Source of the DNA: an uncultured Gammaproteobacteria bacterium
GTDB lineage: Bacteria; Pseudomonadota; Gammaproteobacteria; Thiohalobacterales; Thiohalobacteraceae
DNA: 64,000 nucleotides
Reading direction: 5' to 3'
Assembly: GCA_964458835.1 (NCBI GenBank)
Contig: CAYWKV010000001.1
Location: 19,130 to 83,129 of the forward strand
Positions 53,031-61,437 of this stretch are shown piece after piece (within the stretch, counting starts at the first letter, position 1; each line of letters opens with the position of its first letter). The notes under the pieces are model-generated. The model was not told the DNA's origin, did not search any database, and saw nothing but the letters and a program-made list of their open reading frames with translations. The translations under genes were made by a program, and so were the position numbers.

Positions 53031-53933
53031 CTAATCCTGGAACTCTTCCTGGCCAATCCCCAGCCGTGCCACCAGACCCTCGAATTCCTCCAGAGACGTG
53101 AACGAAAAAATAGCAGCGCCTCGGCGAGCGTCCGGGTCCCATTGAATCTCGGTCACCAGACCGGTTGATTCACCAATCTGCCCCTCCAACCGGGCAATGT
53201 TGGGATCCGGGTGTGGTGCCTGCCTCAGAATAATTGAGCGCCGATTGGCAGAAGACACAGATGCCAGGCTCGCGGTCTTGGTGTCCTGTCGGGCAAGGGA
53301 CCGGCCTCCCCGCTTTTCGGCCGCGGCCGCACGTTCGATCTCACGCGTCGACATCCGCCCCCCAACGAACTCGCGAGCAAAGTAGCGCTGACGCGCGACG
53401 GGTAACCCGACGAGTGCACGGGCGGGGCCTGTCTTTAATGTGCCTGTGCCCAACAACGCCTGGACCTCTGGAGCTAATTTGAGCAGTCTGACCAGGTGAG
53501 CGACCTGAGTGCGGCTGAGATTCATCGCAGCCGCGACATCTTCTTGCGTTCGGCCTGTCGCCAACAACTCCGCACACCGTCTGGCACGATCAAGTGGGCT
53601 GCCCTCCCCTCTCCCTTTGTTCGCATCCCGGAGCAGTGCCAGGACCTCATCGTTCGAAAGGTCATCACGGATTTCGATTTCGATTCGGTGCAACCCTGCC
53701 TGTTGGGCTGCAAGCCACCAGCGCTCACCCAGAATGATCTCGTATCGCGAAGGGTTCGATCCAAGGAGGGTACGTGCGACGATGGGTTGGACCGAGCGTC
53801 CGGACGCGCGTAGTACTTCAACCTCTGCAGCACTCGGCTGGTCGAGCGCAGACTTTGGCCTCAACTTGCTGAATTCTAATAGATCTATGTCGACTGATTT
53901 ATACATAGGCGGCGAAATTGTGTCATGTGACAC
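53031..53933 (-). CDS. parB: Spo0J-type ParB-family protein
   Basis: GTG start. SVQPIVAR...YEIILGERWWLAAQQAGL N-domain. HTH RTQEDVAAAMNLSRTQVAHLVRLLKL. Confidence 0.8.
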   Translation of the reverse strand: MSHDTISPPMYKSVDIDLLEFSKLRPKSALDQPSAAEVEVLRASGRSVQPIVARTLLGSNPSRYEIILGERWWLAAQQAGLHRIEIEIRDDLSNDEVLALLRDANKGRGEGSPLDRARRCAELLATGRTQEDVAAAMNLSRTQVAHLVRLLKLAPEVQALLGTGTLKTGPARALVGLPVARQRYFAREFVGGRMSTREIERAAAAEKRGGRSLARQDTKTASLASVSSANRRSIILRQAPHPDPNIARLEGQIGESTGLVTEIQWDPDARRGAAIFSFTSLEEFEGLVARLGIGQEEFQD

Positions 53934-53934
53934 A
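53919..53934. promoter_or_regulatory. parS-like palindrome TGTGTCA-TG-TGACACA overlapping the parB start codon
   Basis: 7-bp perfect arms. 12 of 15 defined positions match the canonical TGTTNCACGTGAAACA. Confidence 0.45.
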
Positions 53935-54017
53935 CATTATAGCGGTGTCTCTGGATGGTACAAATCCGGCCTGCAGCTATCCGTGGAGTTCGGGGGATCG
54001 GTCGCCGTGTTACAACC

Positions 54018-54032
54018 GGGACAAATTTGGGG
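54018..54032 (+). repeat. isolated Rep-iteron copy GGGACAAATTTGGGG
   Basis: Matches the oriV iteron consensus GGGACAGATNTGGGG at 14/15 positions (N excluded, 13 of 14 defined), in the same orientation. It lies 2.7 kb from oriV, in the promoter region of the 53933 parB gene. Confidence 0.55.
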
Positions 54033-54112
54033 AGTGTGTTGCCGGGGAATTATTTTGATAATTCAAAACGACATATTTCGTTTTATAGACAGTATGTTGC
54101 GCGTATTTTTCG

Positions 54113-54137
54113 GGCGAGTGCACTCAGTGCACTCGCC
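54113..54137. promoter_or_regulatory. perfect 25-bp palindrome GGCGAGTGCACT-C-AGTGCACTCGCC
   Basis: 12-bp arms. Located 5 nt downstream of the 54143 stop, in an AT-rich intergenic region. Confidence 0.5.
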
Positions 54138-54142
54138 GACAC

Positions 54143-54634
54143 TCAAAAAGCGAACTCACCAGCCACTTTCAGGTCCGGCATTCGAAGATTGAACAACCTC
54201 CAAATGATCGCAGCCCGCATAACGGCGGCCTGTGTGACCACGAGCGTGTCCAGATTCTCTAGGCGCCGACCCTGCGCGCGCATCTCTGCGGCATACGCCA
54301 CGACCTGGCGCGTTGCAGCCAGAACCGCATCTTTAATGTCGGCGTCCACAAACACGACGTCCTTCTCGTCGTTGCCTTTCACCATGTCCACGTCGAGCAC
54401 CTGATCGCGCCACGAACGGTCCTGCAGGAAATCCACGACGGCTTCCGCGACCCAGCGTGATTTGCCCTTGAGTCCATAGCCGTCACGGACTACTGCGGCG
54501 TGCAGCGCCGACTTCATGCGCATGGGCAATCGGTAGGTGACGGGCTTCTTCTTGGGTGCGCGGACCATCTTTTTCGCGGCTTTTGGGGCAGCCATACGCC
54601 GGCCAACCCCGGGCGCTGAGAGTTTCTTGGGCAT
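54143..54634 (-). CDS. basic small protein, possible RHH-type DNA-binding protein
   Basis: Its ATG overlaps the upstream parB stop by 1 nt. Lys-rich N-terminus, then VTYRLPMRMKSALHAAV (strand-helix). Confidence 0.4.
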   Translation of the reverse strand: MPKKLSAPGVGRRMAAPKAAKKMVRAPKKKPVTYRLPMRMKSALHAAVVRDGYGLKGKSRWVAEAVVDFLQDRSWRDQVLDVDMVKGNDEKDVVFVDADIKDAVLAATRQVVAYAAEMRAQGRRLENLDTLVVTQAAVMRAAIIWRLFNLRMPDLKVAGEFAF

Positions 54635-55626
54635 CAACCTTCTGCCTCTTCCACGACCTTGAGGAACTCGCTCCAGGCCTGCGTCACCGCCTTGAGATCC
54701 GACCACTCCACGCTCTTGAATAGCGCGTTGAAACGCGTCTCGCCCAAATAGCTTTTCGCCAACGCCTGGATCACTGCTGGATGCGTGGTACTTCCAAGGG
54801 ACACTTTAACGGTGGGCCTGCCGCGTGAGGCCGGTGCACTGGTGGTGCGTGGCGCTGCCGAAGCGTCGCTGGCTTTTGAGGCGAGTTTTGCCTTGATAGC
54901 CTCAGCGTCCAATCCCGCCAGCTCCGCGGCCTGGCTCAAGGTAGTCACCCAGCCAGTCTCGATCGCGTGATGGAGTGGTGCTCCACCTCGAACGACTGCA
55001 AGGTACTTGAAGGCCTGCCGACGGTTCACACCCACCAAGGTGCTGACTTCCTCCGCCGATAGTCCTTCACCCTCCCCCGCCTCCTCGCGGTGTAGCTGAT
55101 CGAGCTTGGTGAGTGCCATGACGCGTTCGGAAAGACTCAGGTCTTCACGGGCGAGGTTCTCGGCGAGTTGGGCGGCGTAGATCCGTTTGCGGGACTTCGA
55201 ACGTGGCCGTACCGAGGCGCGGATGTCACTGCGCATCAGTAGGAGATGCGCCAATACGCGTCGTTCCCCTTGGGCGATCACATACCGGTCACCGGCCGGA
55301 TACACGGTTATCGGCTGCAGTAGACCATGCTCCTCGATCGATGCCGCCAACCCTTGCAAGTCATCGAAGGCTTCCTGGGCTTCCGGATTATCGGCGATGA
55401 CATCGAGCTCGCCGGCCGCGTGCGCGCGTATCCGCTCGACGGTCAGCCCAAGCGCAGCCAGGCGTGTCCGGGGCTGCTCCGGATCGGCATCGATGAGGTT
55501 CAGGCTCAGCGTTTGTAAGCGGCCTTCGTGTACCTGATGCCCTTCCTGGGCGACTTTGACGGTTGCCTTGAACGCCGGCGACCGAGGGAGTTGTCGCAGC
55601 TGCTCTCGTTTTCCAAGCTTACCCAT
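54634..55626 (-). CDS. parB: ParB/KorB-like partition protein
   Basis: GLLQPITVYPAGDRYVIAQGERRVLA ParB N-domain, followed by an HTH. Confidence 0.8.
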   Translation of the reverse strand: MGKLGKREQLRQLPRSPAFKATVKVAQEGHQVHEGRLQTLSLNLIDADPEQPRTRLAALGLTVERIRAHAAGELDVIADNPEAQEAFDDLQGLAASIEEHGLLQPITVYPAGDRYVIAQGERRVLAHLLLMRSDIRASVRPRSKSRKRIYAAQLAENLAREDLSLSERVMALTKLDQLHREEAGEGEGLSAEEVSTLVGVNRRQAFKYLAVVRGGAPLHHAIETGWVTTLSQAAELAGLDAEAIKAKLASKASDASAAPRTTSAPASRGRPTVKVSLGSTTHPAVIQALAKSYLGETRFNALFKSVEWSDLKAVTQAWSEFLKVVEEAEG

Positions 55627-56476
55627 ACATGCGCTCCTCGATCAGATGGCAGATCTGCTCCGCTTCTTGGCGGGCCTTGTCACTGGGGGCGAGTTCAAAA
55701 ATGGATTTGGTGCCGTGCATGGTCGACTCACGGTAACCATTCCACGAATGCATTTGTTGGGGCAGCATGTACCGGCCAACGGTGGGATCGCTGCACAGCA
55801 ACTCGTAAAAATGCTGGTGAATGGTCACACGCGACTGAAATTTGTTGGCCAGGATGCCGACGAGGCGAACCGGGGTTTCGGCTGGGCGTTGCAAGTTGGC
55901 CATGTTCCAGTACGCCAACATGCCGTAGAGGCCTTCGACCGCCATTTCCTCCATTTCCGCGGGGATCAGAATGTCCGTAGCCGCATAGATCGCAGCCGTG
56001 GTCAGTGGTCCCTTTGACGGGCCAGTGTCGATCACTACGACATCGTATTCCTCTTCGAGGCCGGTCTGGTTAATCCACTGCGACAGGATCTCATGGACTG
56101 CGTTGGCCACTTCCTCCTCAGTTACCCGCTCCACCCGCAATAGATCCTTGGAATGCCCGGGGAGAATCTCGATGTTGTCGAACTGGGTCGAATAACTGAC
56201 GGTGGCCCCGTGAACAAAGATGTCTGCGCTCGATGCACGTCCGTTCCACTCGGGTTCTTCTGCAGAATCGATGTAGGGATTGACGGGGGGGCGGATGATC
56301 TCCGGATCCTCATCGTCAAATTCCATTTCCAGGAACCGTTGAGAAAAGTTGCACTGGGGATCCAAATCGACGGCCAGAACTCGTTTCCCCTGCAGTGCGA
56401 GATATTGCGAGAGTAGGACGGAGAGGGTGGTTTTACCCTGGCCCCCTTTGTTGTTTGCAATAACGAGTACTTTCAA
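55619..56476 (-). CDS. parA: ParA partition ATPase
   Basis: TTG start after GGAGGG. Deviant Walker A VIANNKGGQGKTT. Confidence 0.9.
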   Translation of the reverse strand: MKVLVIANNKGGQGKTTLSVLLSQYLALQGKRVLAVDLDPQCNFSQRFLEMEFDDEDPEIIRPPVNPYIDSAEEPEWNGRASSADIFVHGATVSYSTQFDNIEILPGHSKDLLRVERVTEEEVANAVHEILSQWINQTGLEEEYDVVVIDTGPSKGPLTTAAIYAATDILIPAEMEEMAVEGLYGMLAYWNMANLQRPAETPVRLVGILANKFQSRVTIHQHFYELLCSDPTVGRYMLPQQMHSWNGYRESTMHGTKSIFELAPSDKARQEAEQICHLIEERMYG

Positions 56477-56515
56477 TCTGTTACCCTCCGATCTGGCTTG
56501 ACCTTGTCTTCGGCC

Positions 56516-56628
56516 TGTACTAGCCTTGTGCGCAATCTAGTACATGGCCAGATATTTTCCTTGTCATGTACTAGATTTGGGCGTGTACTAGATTTGGCTG
56601 TGTTTTGGATTGTAGGCCAGATTTTCCC
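56516..56628. repeat. parA-upstream repeat cluster (centromere/operator candidate)
   Basis: TGTACTAG at 56516, 56537 (inverted), 56567 and 56584. The last two are 14-nt direct repeats TGTACTAGATTTGG. They are flanked by GGCCAGAT(AT)TTTCC at 56546 and 56615. Confidence 0.6.
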
Positions 56629-56720
56629 GCTCGCACAACGGGCTAGTGAGCTCGAGCGGGAGTGGGCAGATGGTTACTGCGGCTAGGGTGTTCAGCGATC
56701 TTCGCGGGAAAGATTTATCC

Positions 56721-57000
56721 GGGACAGATTTGGGGAGTCTGTATGTGCCTAGTCGTTTTTCAAGTGGGACAGATGTGGGGAACCCATGTTGTTTGTTTTG
56801 AAATAGAAAACAAGACATTGAAACATATTTGAAGGGATTGTTAGTTGTTGTTTTAGAATGAGTTTTCCTAACCTTCCGGGACGGATGTGGGGAATTTCCG
56901 GACAGGTTTGGGGCCCCACGGGACAGATATGGGGAGTCTTCTGGGACAAGTTTGGGGTATACGGGACAGATATGGGGAGCTAAGCGGGACAGATATAGGG
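56721..57000 (+). repeat. oriV: eight 15-bp iterons (GGGACAGATNTGGGG) around an AT-rich segment
   Basis: Iteron starts at 56721, 56766, then the AT-rich segment 56781-56875, then 56878, 56899, 56920, 56943, 56963 and 56986 with 20-23 bp phasing. All are in one orientation, directly upstream of rep. Confidence 0.85.
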
Positions 57001-57289
57001 CGGATCGGGGACGGGCATTTGTGAGAAAAACGATAGCAAGCAAGCACTTTTATGAGATTGAACGCCTACGACTGGCCAGAGACGTGGCAGGAACGCACTT
57101 TCAGCCGGCAAAACGATCAACTGTCTCACACATGGTGTACCCCGAAAAAAATCGCCCTGCATGCGCATTTCATCGCCAAGAGCGGTTTTTTTCGTCCCTA
57201 ACCTTGACGGACCATTTTGGGCATAAACAACCCCCTGGCTCTTTGCCCAATCCGGGATGGTTAGGCGGTGCGGGTAGGGGAGAACAACA

Positions 57290-58558
57290 ATGATGCCGGC
57301 ACGTGTAGAAAATCAGGAGTCCGCCACGCTCATAAAGCATTCAGCGGCCATCCATATCTCCAACAGCCTGACCCTCATCCAGCGGAAACTCTTCAATCTC
57401 CTGTTGCAGAACGCTTACCCGGACCTGCTTACCCAGGAGACACACCAGATCCCGATCCCCGAAATCAAAGCGCGCATGCGTTACGACTCGAAGAATGACG
57501 ATCCGTTGAAAGACGCGTTGCGTGTACTGAACCAGACGCAGCTGGAATGGAATCTACTGCAGAAGGATCGGGAAGAACGCTGGGGCATCGGTAGCTGCCT
57601 CGCTGACGCTGAAATCGCAAATGGCATCTGCGAGTATTCATACTCGCCCAAGATGCGCAAACTGCTCGGATCACCGACGGTCTACGCGCGATTGAACCTC
57701 GAGGTACAAAACACTTTCCGATCCAAGCATGCGCTGGCATTGTGGGAGTTCTTGGAAGATGCGCTCGGTGCGCGTCGCAGTTCAGCCGCGTATACGATCA
57801 GCGTGCCTGATTTCCGCAAACTCATGGCGATCGAGACTACTCAGTATCCTGAGTTCAAGGATCTGAGTAAACGCGTTGTGCAACCAGCGATCCATGAGAT
57901 CAATGCGAGCGACATATGCACGATCTCCGTGGATGTCAAAGTCACGCGGCGCGGTCGTACGCCATCCACTTTGATATTCACGGTCAATCGAAAAGCACCC
58001 TGTGGGCAGCTTTTCGCGGGAAGCCTGAACACTGATGATCTGCCGAAAGAACTATACCCGCCTACTGAACAGAGGCTGGTCCAGCAATTGGTGGAGGAGT
58101 TCGGCGTAGCGAACGAGCGCGCGGAATATCTGGTCAGCGTTTACTCCTCGCATCGAGTCAAGGCCAATCTGGAACATGTCCGCGTACGGCATGGGCAGGG
58201 CGGGATTGCGAATCTGGCCGGCTATGCCTGTGCCGCGATCGAAGCTGACTACGCCAAGGCCGGTGATACCAAACCCGTGCTCCAACCCGTTCCGTCGACA
58301 CTCTCGGAGCAACAACGCGAGGCAGAAGATAACGAGACCAAGGCGTTCCATAGCAAACGGCGTGAACAGGCAGAATCGGTCTTTGCAAACCTGTCGGAAA
58401 TTGAGCAACAGGCACTCCGTGAACGCTTCACTGCAAGCCCCGCCTGTCTTCCGAGCCTCAGGCGAGAGTTCGCGGCGTGTGCGGGGGAGGTGAGTCAGAT
58501 GCCCAACCGGCTGAAGTATGTCTTTTTGGAGTATGTTGCGGACGATTTAAGTATCTGA
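57290..58558 (+). CDS. repA: iteron-type plasmid replication initiator (RepB/Rep_3-like)
   Basis: ATG after GGGGAG. IHISNSLTLIQRKLFNLLLQNA is the typical initiator N-terminal motif. Adjacent to the iterons. Confidence 0.85.
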   Translation: MMPARVENQESATLIKHSAAIHISNSLTLIQRKLFNLLLQNAYPDLLTQETHQIPIPEIKARMRYDSKNDDPLKDALRVLNQTQLEWNLLQKDREERWGIGSCLADAEIANGICEYSYSPKMRKLLGSPTVYARLNLEVQNTFRSKHALALWEFLEDALGARRSSAAYTISVPDFRKLMAIETTQYPEFKDLSKRVVQPAIHEINASDICTISVDVKVTRRGRTPSTLIFTVNRKAPCGQLFAGSLNTDDLPKELYPPTEQRLVQQLVEEFGVANERAEYLVSVYSSHRVKANLEHVRVRHGQGGIANLAGYACAAIEADYAKAGDTKPVLQPVPSTLSEQQREAEDNETKAFHSKRREQAESVFANLSEIEQQALRERFTASPACLPSLRREFAACAGEVSQMPNRLKYVFLEYVADDLSI

Positions 58559-58634
58559 CAGATATGGAACTAATTATCTATTTCCTCAGTCTTCACCCTT
58601 GCTGCCTCAAAACTCGCCCCTTGCTAGCCGATAA

Positions 58635-58668
58635 TTGCATGTGAAATATATTCGGCATATAATTTCAC
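58635..58668 (+). promoter_or_regulatory. TA promoter TTGCAT-17 nt-TATAAT with overlapping inverted repeat GTGAAAT-14 nt-ATTTCAC
   Basis: -35 at 58635-58640, -10 at 58658-58663, inverted-repeat arms at 58641-58647 and 58662-58668. Confidence 0.6.
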
Positions 58669-58692
58669 TTGAAATTTATAGGAGGGTGGACG

Positions 58693-59067
58693 ATGGCGCA
58701 GCAATCCCTGAACAAGGCTAAGTCCGAGGCGGTGCTGTCCAAGGCAGTCCTGAGGGCCGGCGACATGCTGGGCCTCAATGGTAAACAGTTGGCTGAGGTG
58801 CTCGGCGTGAGCACATCGTCGATTACAAGGATGTCCAGTGGCGACTATGTCCTGGCTGAAAAAAGCAAAGAGTGGGAGTTAGGGTTGCTGTTTGTTCGCC
58901 TGTATCGGAGCATCGATGCCATGGTCGCCGGCGATGAACACTCACGCCTGGCTTGGATGAGCAATCCGAATACGGATTTGCACGGTGTACCCAGTACATT
59001 GATCAACACGGTACAAGGGCTGGTACAGACGGTTGAGTATGTGGACGCCTACCGCGCTCGCGTCTGA
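58693..59067 (+). CDS. Xre/MbcA/ParS-type antitoxin (HTH + DUF2384-like C-domain)
   Basis: ATG after GGAGGG. LNGKQLAEVLGVSTSSITRM HTH. C-terminal ...WMSNPNTDLHGVPSTLINTVQGLVQTVEYVDA. Confidence 0.8.
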   Translation: MAQQSLNKAKSEAVLSKAVLRAGDMLGLNGKQLAEVLGVSTSSITRMSSGDYVLAEKSKEWELGLLFVRLYRSIDAMVAGDEHSRLAWMSNPNTDLHGVPSTLINTVQGLVQTVEYVDAYRARV

Positions 59068-59773
59068 AGCCCGGCGCCTTGGCGGCATCGTTTGGCGGGT
59101 CGTGGAATATCAGTACACGGCATCCACGCGTAAGCTCGTGGATACCGCCGACGAACAAGCGGTATTAGAAGAGCTGCTGGAAGTAGCCAAACCCCCATAC
59201 CCGGCTGGCACGGAACACCTGCATTACCTACTCAAGACGCCGTTCCGCTATTACCCGCCACGTACGCACGGGTCGCGTTTTCGTAGGCCGATGGCAGGGG
59301 AGGGCGTGTATTACGCGTCTGAGCATGTTCGAACCGCACTCGCCGAAATTGCGTACTACAGGATCCGGTTCTTCCAGGCATCGCCCGGTACGCCTTTACC
59401 AAAGAATGAAGAACGGCTGAGTGTGTTCAGCGTCGAGTACGGTACAGAGCGTGGACTGGATCTCACCGAGCCTCTGCTCAATCGAGACCGCGCTTCGTGG
59501 ACACATCCCATCGACTACACGGCAACCCAGCAACTGGCCGACGCGGCACGCGCGGCCGGCGTTGACGCGCTGCGGTATGAATCAGTCCGCGACGTGGAGC
59601 AGGGCGCTAACGTGGCCTTACTCGAACCACGAGGCTTTACGCTTCCGCAGCCAGTATCTATGCAGACCTGGTACCTCTATCTGGGTGAGGCCGAAATAAA
59701 CTGCACGCGATCACACGCGACCGCAGCAGAAGATCGCTGGACATTTCCGCGGGAGCATTTCATAACACCCTAA
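59039..59773 (+). CDS. RES-domain toxin
   Basis: GSRFRRP (R), VYYASEHVRTALAE (E), ALRYESVRD (S). Overlaps the antitoxin gene. Confidence 0.85.
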   Translation: MWTPTALASEARRLGGIVWRVVEYQYTASTRKLVDTADEQAVLEELLEVAKPPYPAGTEHLHYLLKTPFRYYPPRTHGSRFRRPMAGEGVYYASEHVRTALAEIAYYRIRFFQASPGTPLPKNEERLSVFSVEYGTERGLDLTEPLLNRDRASWTHPIDYTATQQLADAARAAGVDALRYESVRDVEQGANVALLEPRGFTLPQPVSMQTWYLYLGEAEINCTRSHATAAEDRWTFPREHFITP

Positions 59774-59958
59774 GCAGAATCGCTGTATTCGCTGGCGAAC
59801 GCAGGCCAAAAACCCAACATACTTGCACACAAGAAGTACCCCGAAAAAGATCCTAGGTGGACTCATTTGAGGCCGCCGCGTAGTTTTTTTGTGCCCCGAT
59901 GCGGGCCCACCATGGTGCGGACCGGTCCTATACCAGGACTTTGCATCGAGTTCCGTCC

Positions 59959-61176
59959 ATGGATACCGCCAAGGTCGAAATCCTCTTCAGTGACGGTGAA
60001 CGTTTCAAGCGTGAATGGCTTGAAAGCCATCCTGAGCGCGCCAATGAGATTTTGAGGCGATATAAGGGGAGTTACCCTTTGTGTCTATGCCAGCAAGACG
60101 GCATCCCTCTGCACATCCGCGAATTGTCCTCAACCGGTACGCTTTATCTGGCACGCATGCCCAATACAGGCATCGCCCACGCGGCATTCTGCCCGAGCTA
60201 CGAACCGTCGCACGGGGAGGGTGAAAAGCGGGCTGTTGAAGGACGCGCCATCGAATACCTTCCAGACGGGCGCATCGTATTCAACCTCGATAGTTCGTTG
60301 GACCCTAGGGGATCAACACAAACCCCACCCGAGCTGGACCCGGGCAAGATGCCTCAAGGTGCCAAGCTACACAAAAGTCGGCTTGGGCTTGTTGCACTGT
60401 TGCAGGTGCTATGGGAGCAATCTGAACTTCATCATTGGCGTCCTGGCATGTTGGGCCGTCGACGATATCGACAGGTGTACAACCTGCTTACGGCCGCATC
60501 GCAAAACGTGATTGTGAAAGGCCGGCCATTGTACGAACGATTGTTTATTCCTGAACCCTTCATCGCCGAAAAGTCTGAAGGCATTTCCTATGACCGCCAG
60601 GAGCGCATCGCACAGCTGTCGCGCGGCTCCGACGGAAAGCCGCGTCGGTTTTTCGTGTCTGGTCGCGTACGCGACGTGGTACTCAGTTCGGATGCAGTCG
60701 ATGTGCACCTTGCACACCTGCCCGGCACAGCTGCTGTCTCGGTACCACGCAAAGTATGGCGCTCACTGACACGCCGGTTGCGCCTCGAGGAATCAATCGG
60801 CTCCGAAGGTGAGTCGGTACTGTGGGGAATATTCGTGGTTGACCGGTTCTCAGACGGACGATTCAGAGCCAACGAGGCGGCGCTCCAACTGCTCACTGAA
60901 CACTTTATCCCGGTTTACAGAACGCAAGAAATCGCAATCACCTACGCACTGGTCGATTCCGGACGATCATTTGTGAAGCTGTTGCCGTTCGATGTTAATC
61001 CGGACTCTGGACACGCCGCATTCCACCTGACAGATACAGGGCATACGCCGGTGAAACTGTTTCTTGTGAACGGCGATACACCCGTTGATGGCGCGGAAGG
61101 GGAGTGGTACTGGAATTTTGAACGTGACGAATGTTGGCCTGCGCTTCCACGGCCAAGGGCACTGCGTGCACTGTAA
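59959..61176 (+). CDS. DUF1173-like hypothetical protein
   Basis: YPLCLCQQDGIPLHIR...HAAFCPSYEP N-terminal Cys/His cluster and overall size recall DUF1173 proteins. Not verified. Start set at MDTAKV. Confidence 0.5.
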   Translation: MDTAKVEILFSDGERFKREWLESHPERANEILRRYKGSYPLCLCQQDGIPLHIRELSSTGTLYLARMPNTGIAHAAFCPSYEPSHGEGEKRAVEGRAIEYLPDGRIVFNLDSSLDPRGSTQTPPELDPGKMPQGAKLHKSRLGLVALLQVLWEQSELHHWRPGMLGRRRYRQVYNLLTAASQNVIVKGRPLYERLFIPEPFIAEKSEGISYDRQERIAQLSRGSDGKPRRFFVSGRVRDVVLSSDAVDVHLAHLPGTAAVSVPRKVWRSLTRRLRLEESIGSEGESVLWGIFVVDRFSDGRFRANEAALQLLTEHFIPVYRTQEIAITYALVDSGRSFVKLLPFDVNPDSGHAAFHLTDTGHTPVKLFLVNGDTPVDGAEGEWYWNFERDECWPALPRPRALRAL

Positions 61177-61189
61177 TTCTACGTGATCA

Positions 61190-61396
61190 GTGGAGGATCA
61201 TACCGTGGTCAAGAACGAAGATGAGACGAGGACGCCTGAGTCGGAAGAAGTCGGTGATAAGACGGTAACGCCCTGTGCGACTCGTATTGGTCTCGCGTAT
61301 ATCGTGTCGAACTCACAGGACGTCGATGCAGATGAGCTAGTAAATCGCCTATGCGGGTATCTCGAATTATGCGGCATCCCAGTGCTCTACGACTAA
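61190..61396 (+). CDS. small acidic ORF (doubtful)
   Basis: 68 aa with a GTG start. No motif. Confidence 0.2.
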   Translation: MEDHTVVKNEDETRTPESEEVGDKTVTPCATRIGLAYIVSNSQDVDADELVNRLCGYLELCGIPVLYD

Positions 61397-61437
61397 GTGC
61401 GGCGTCTAGACCATCCCGTACAGCGACGCGCGTGTCT

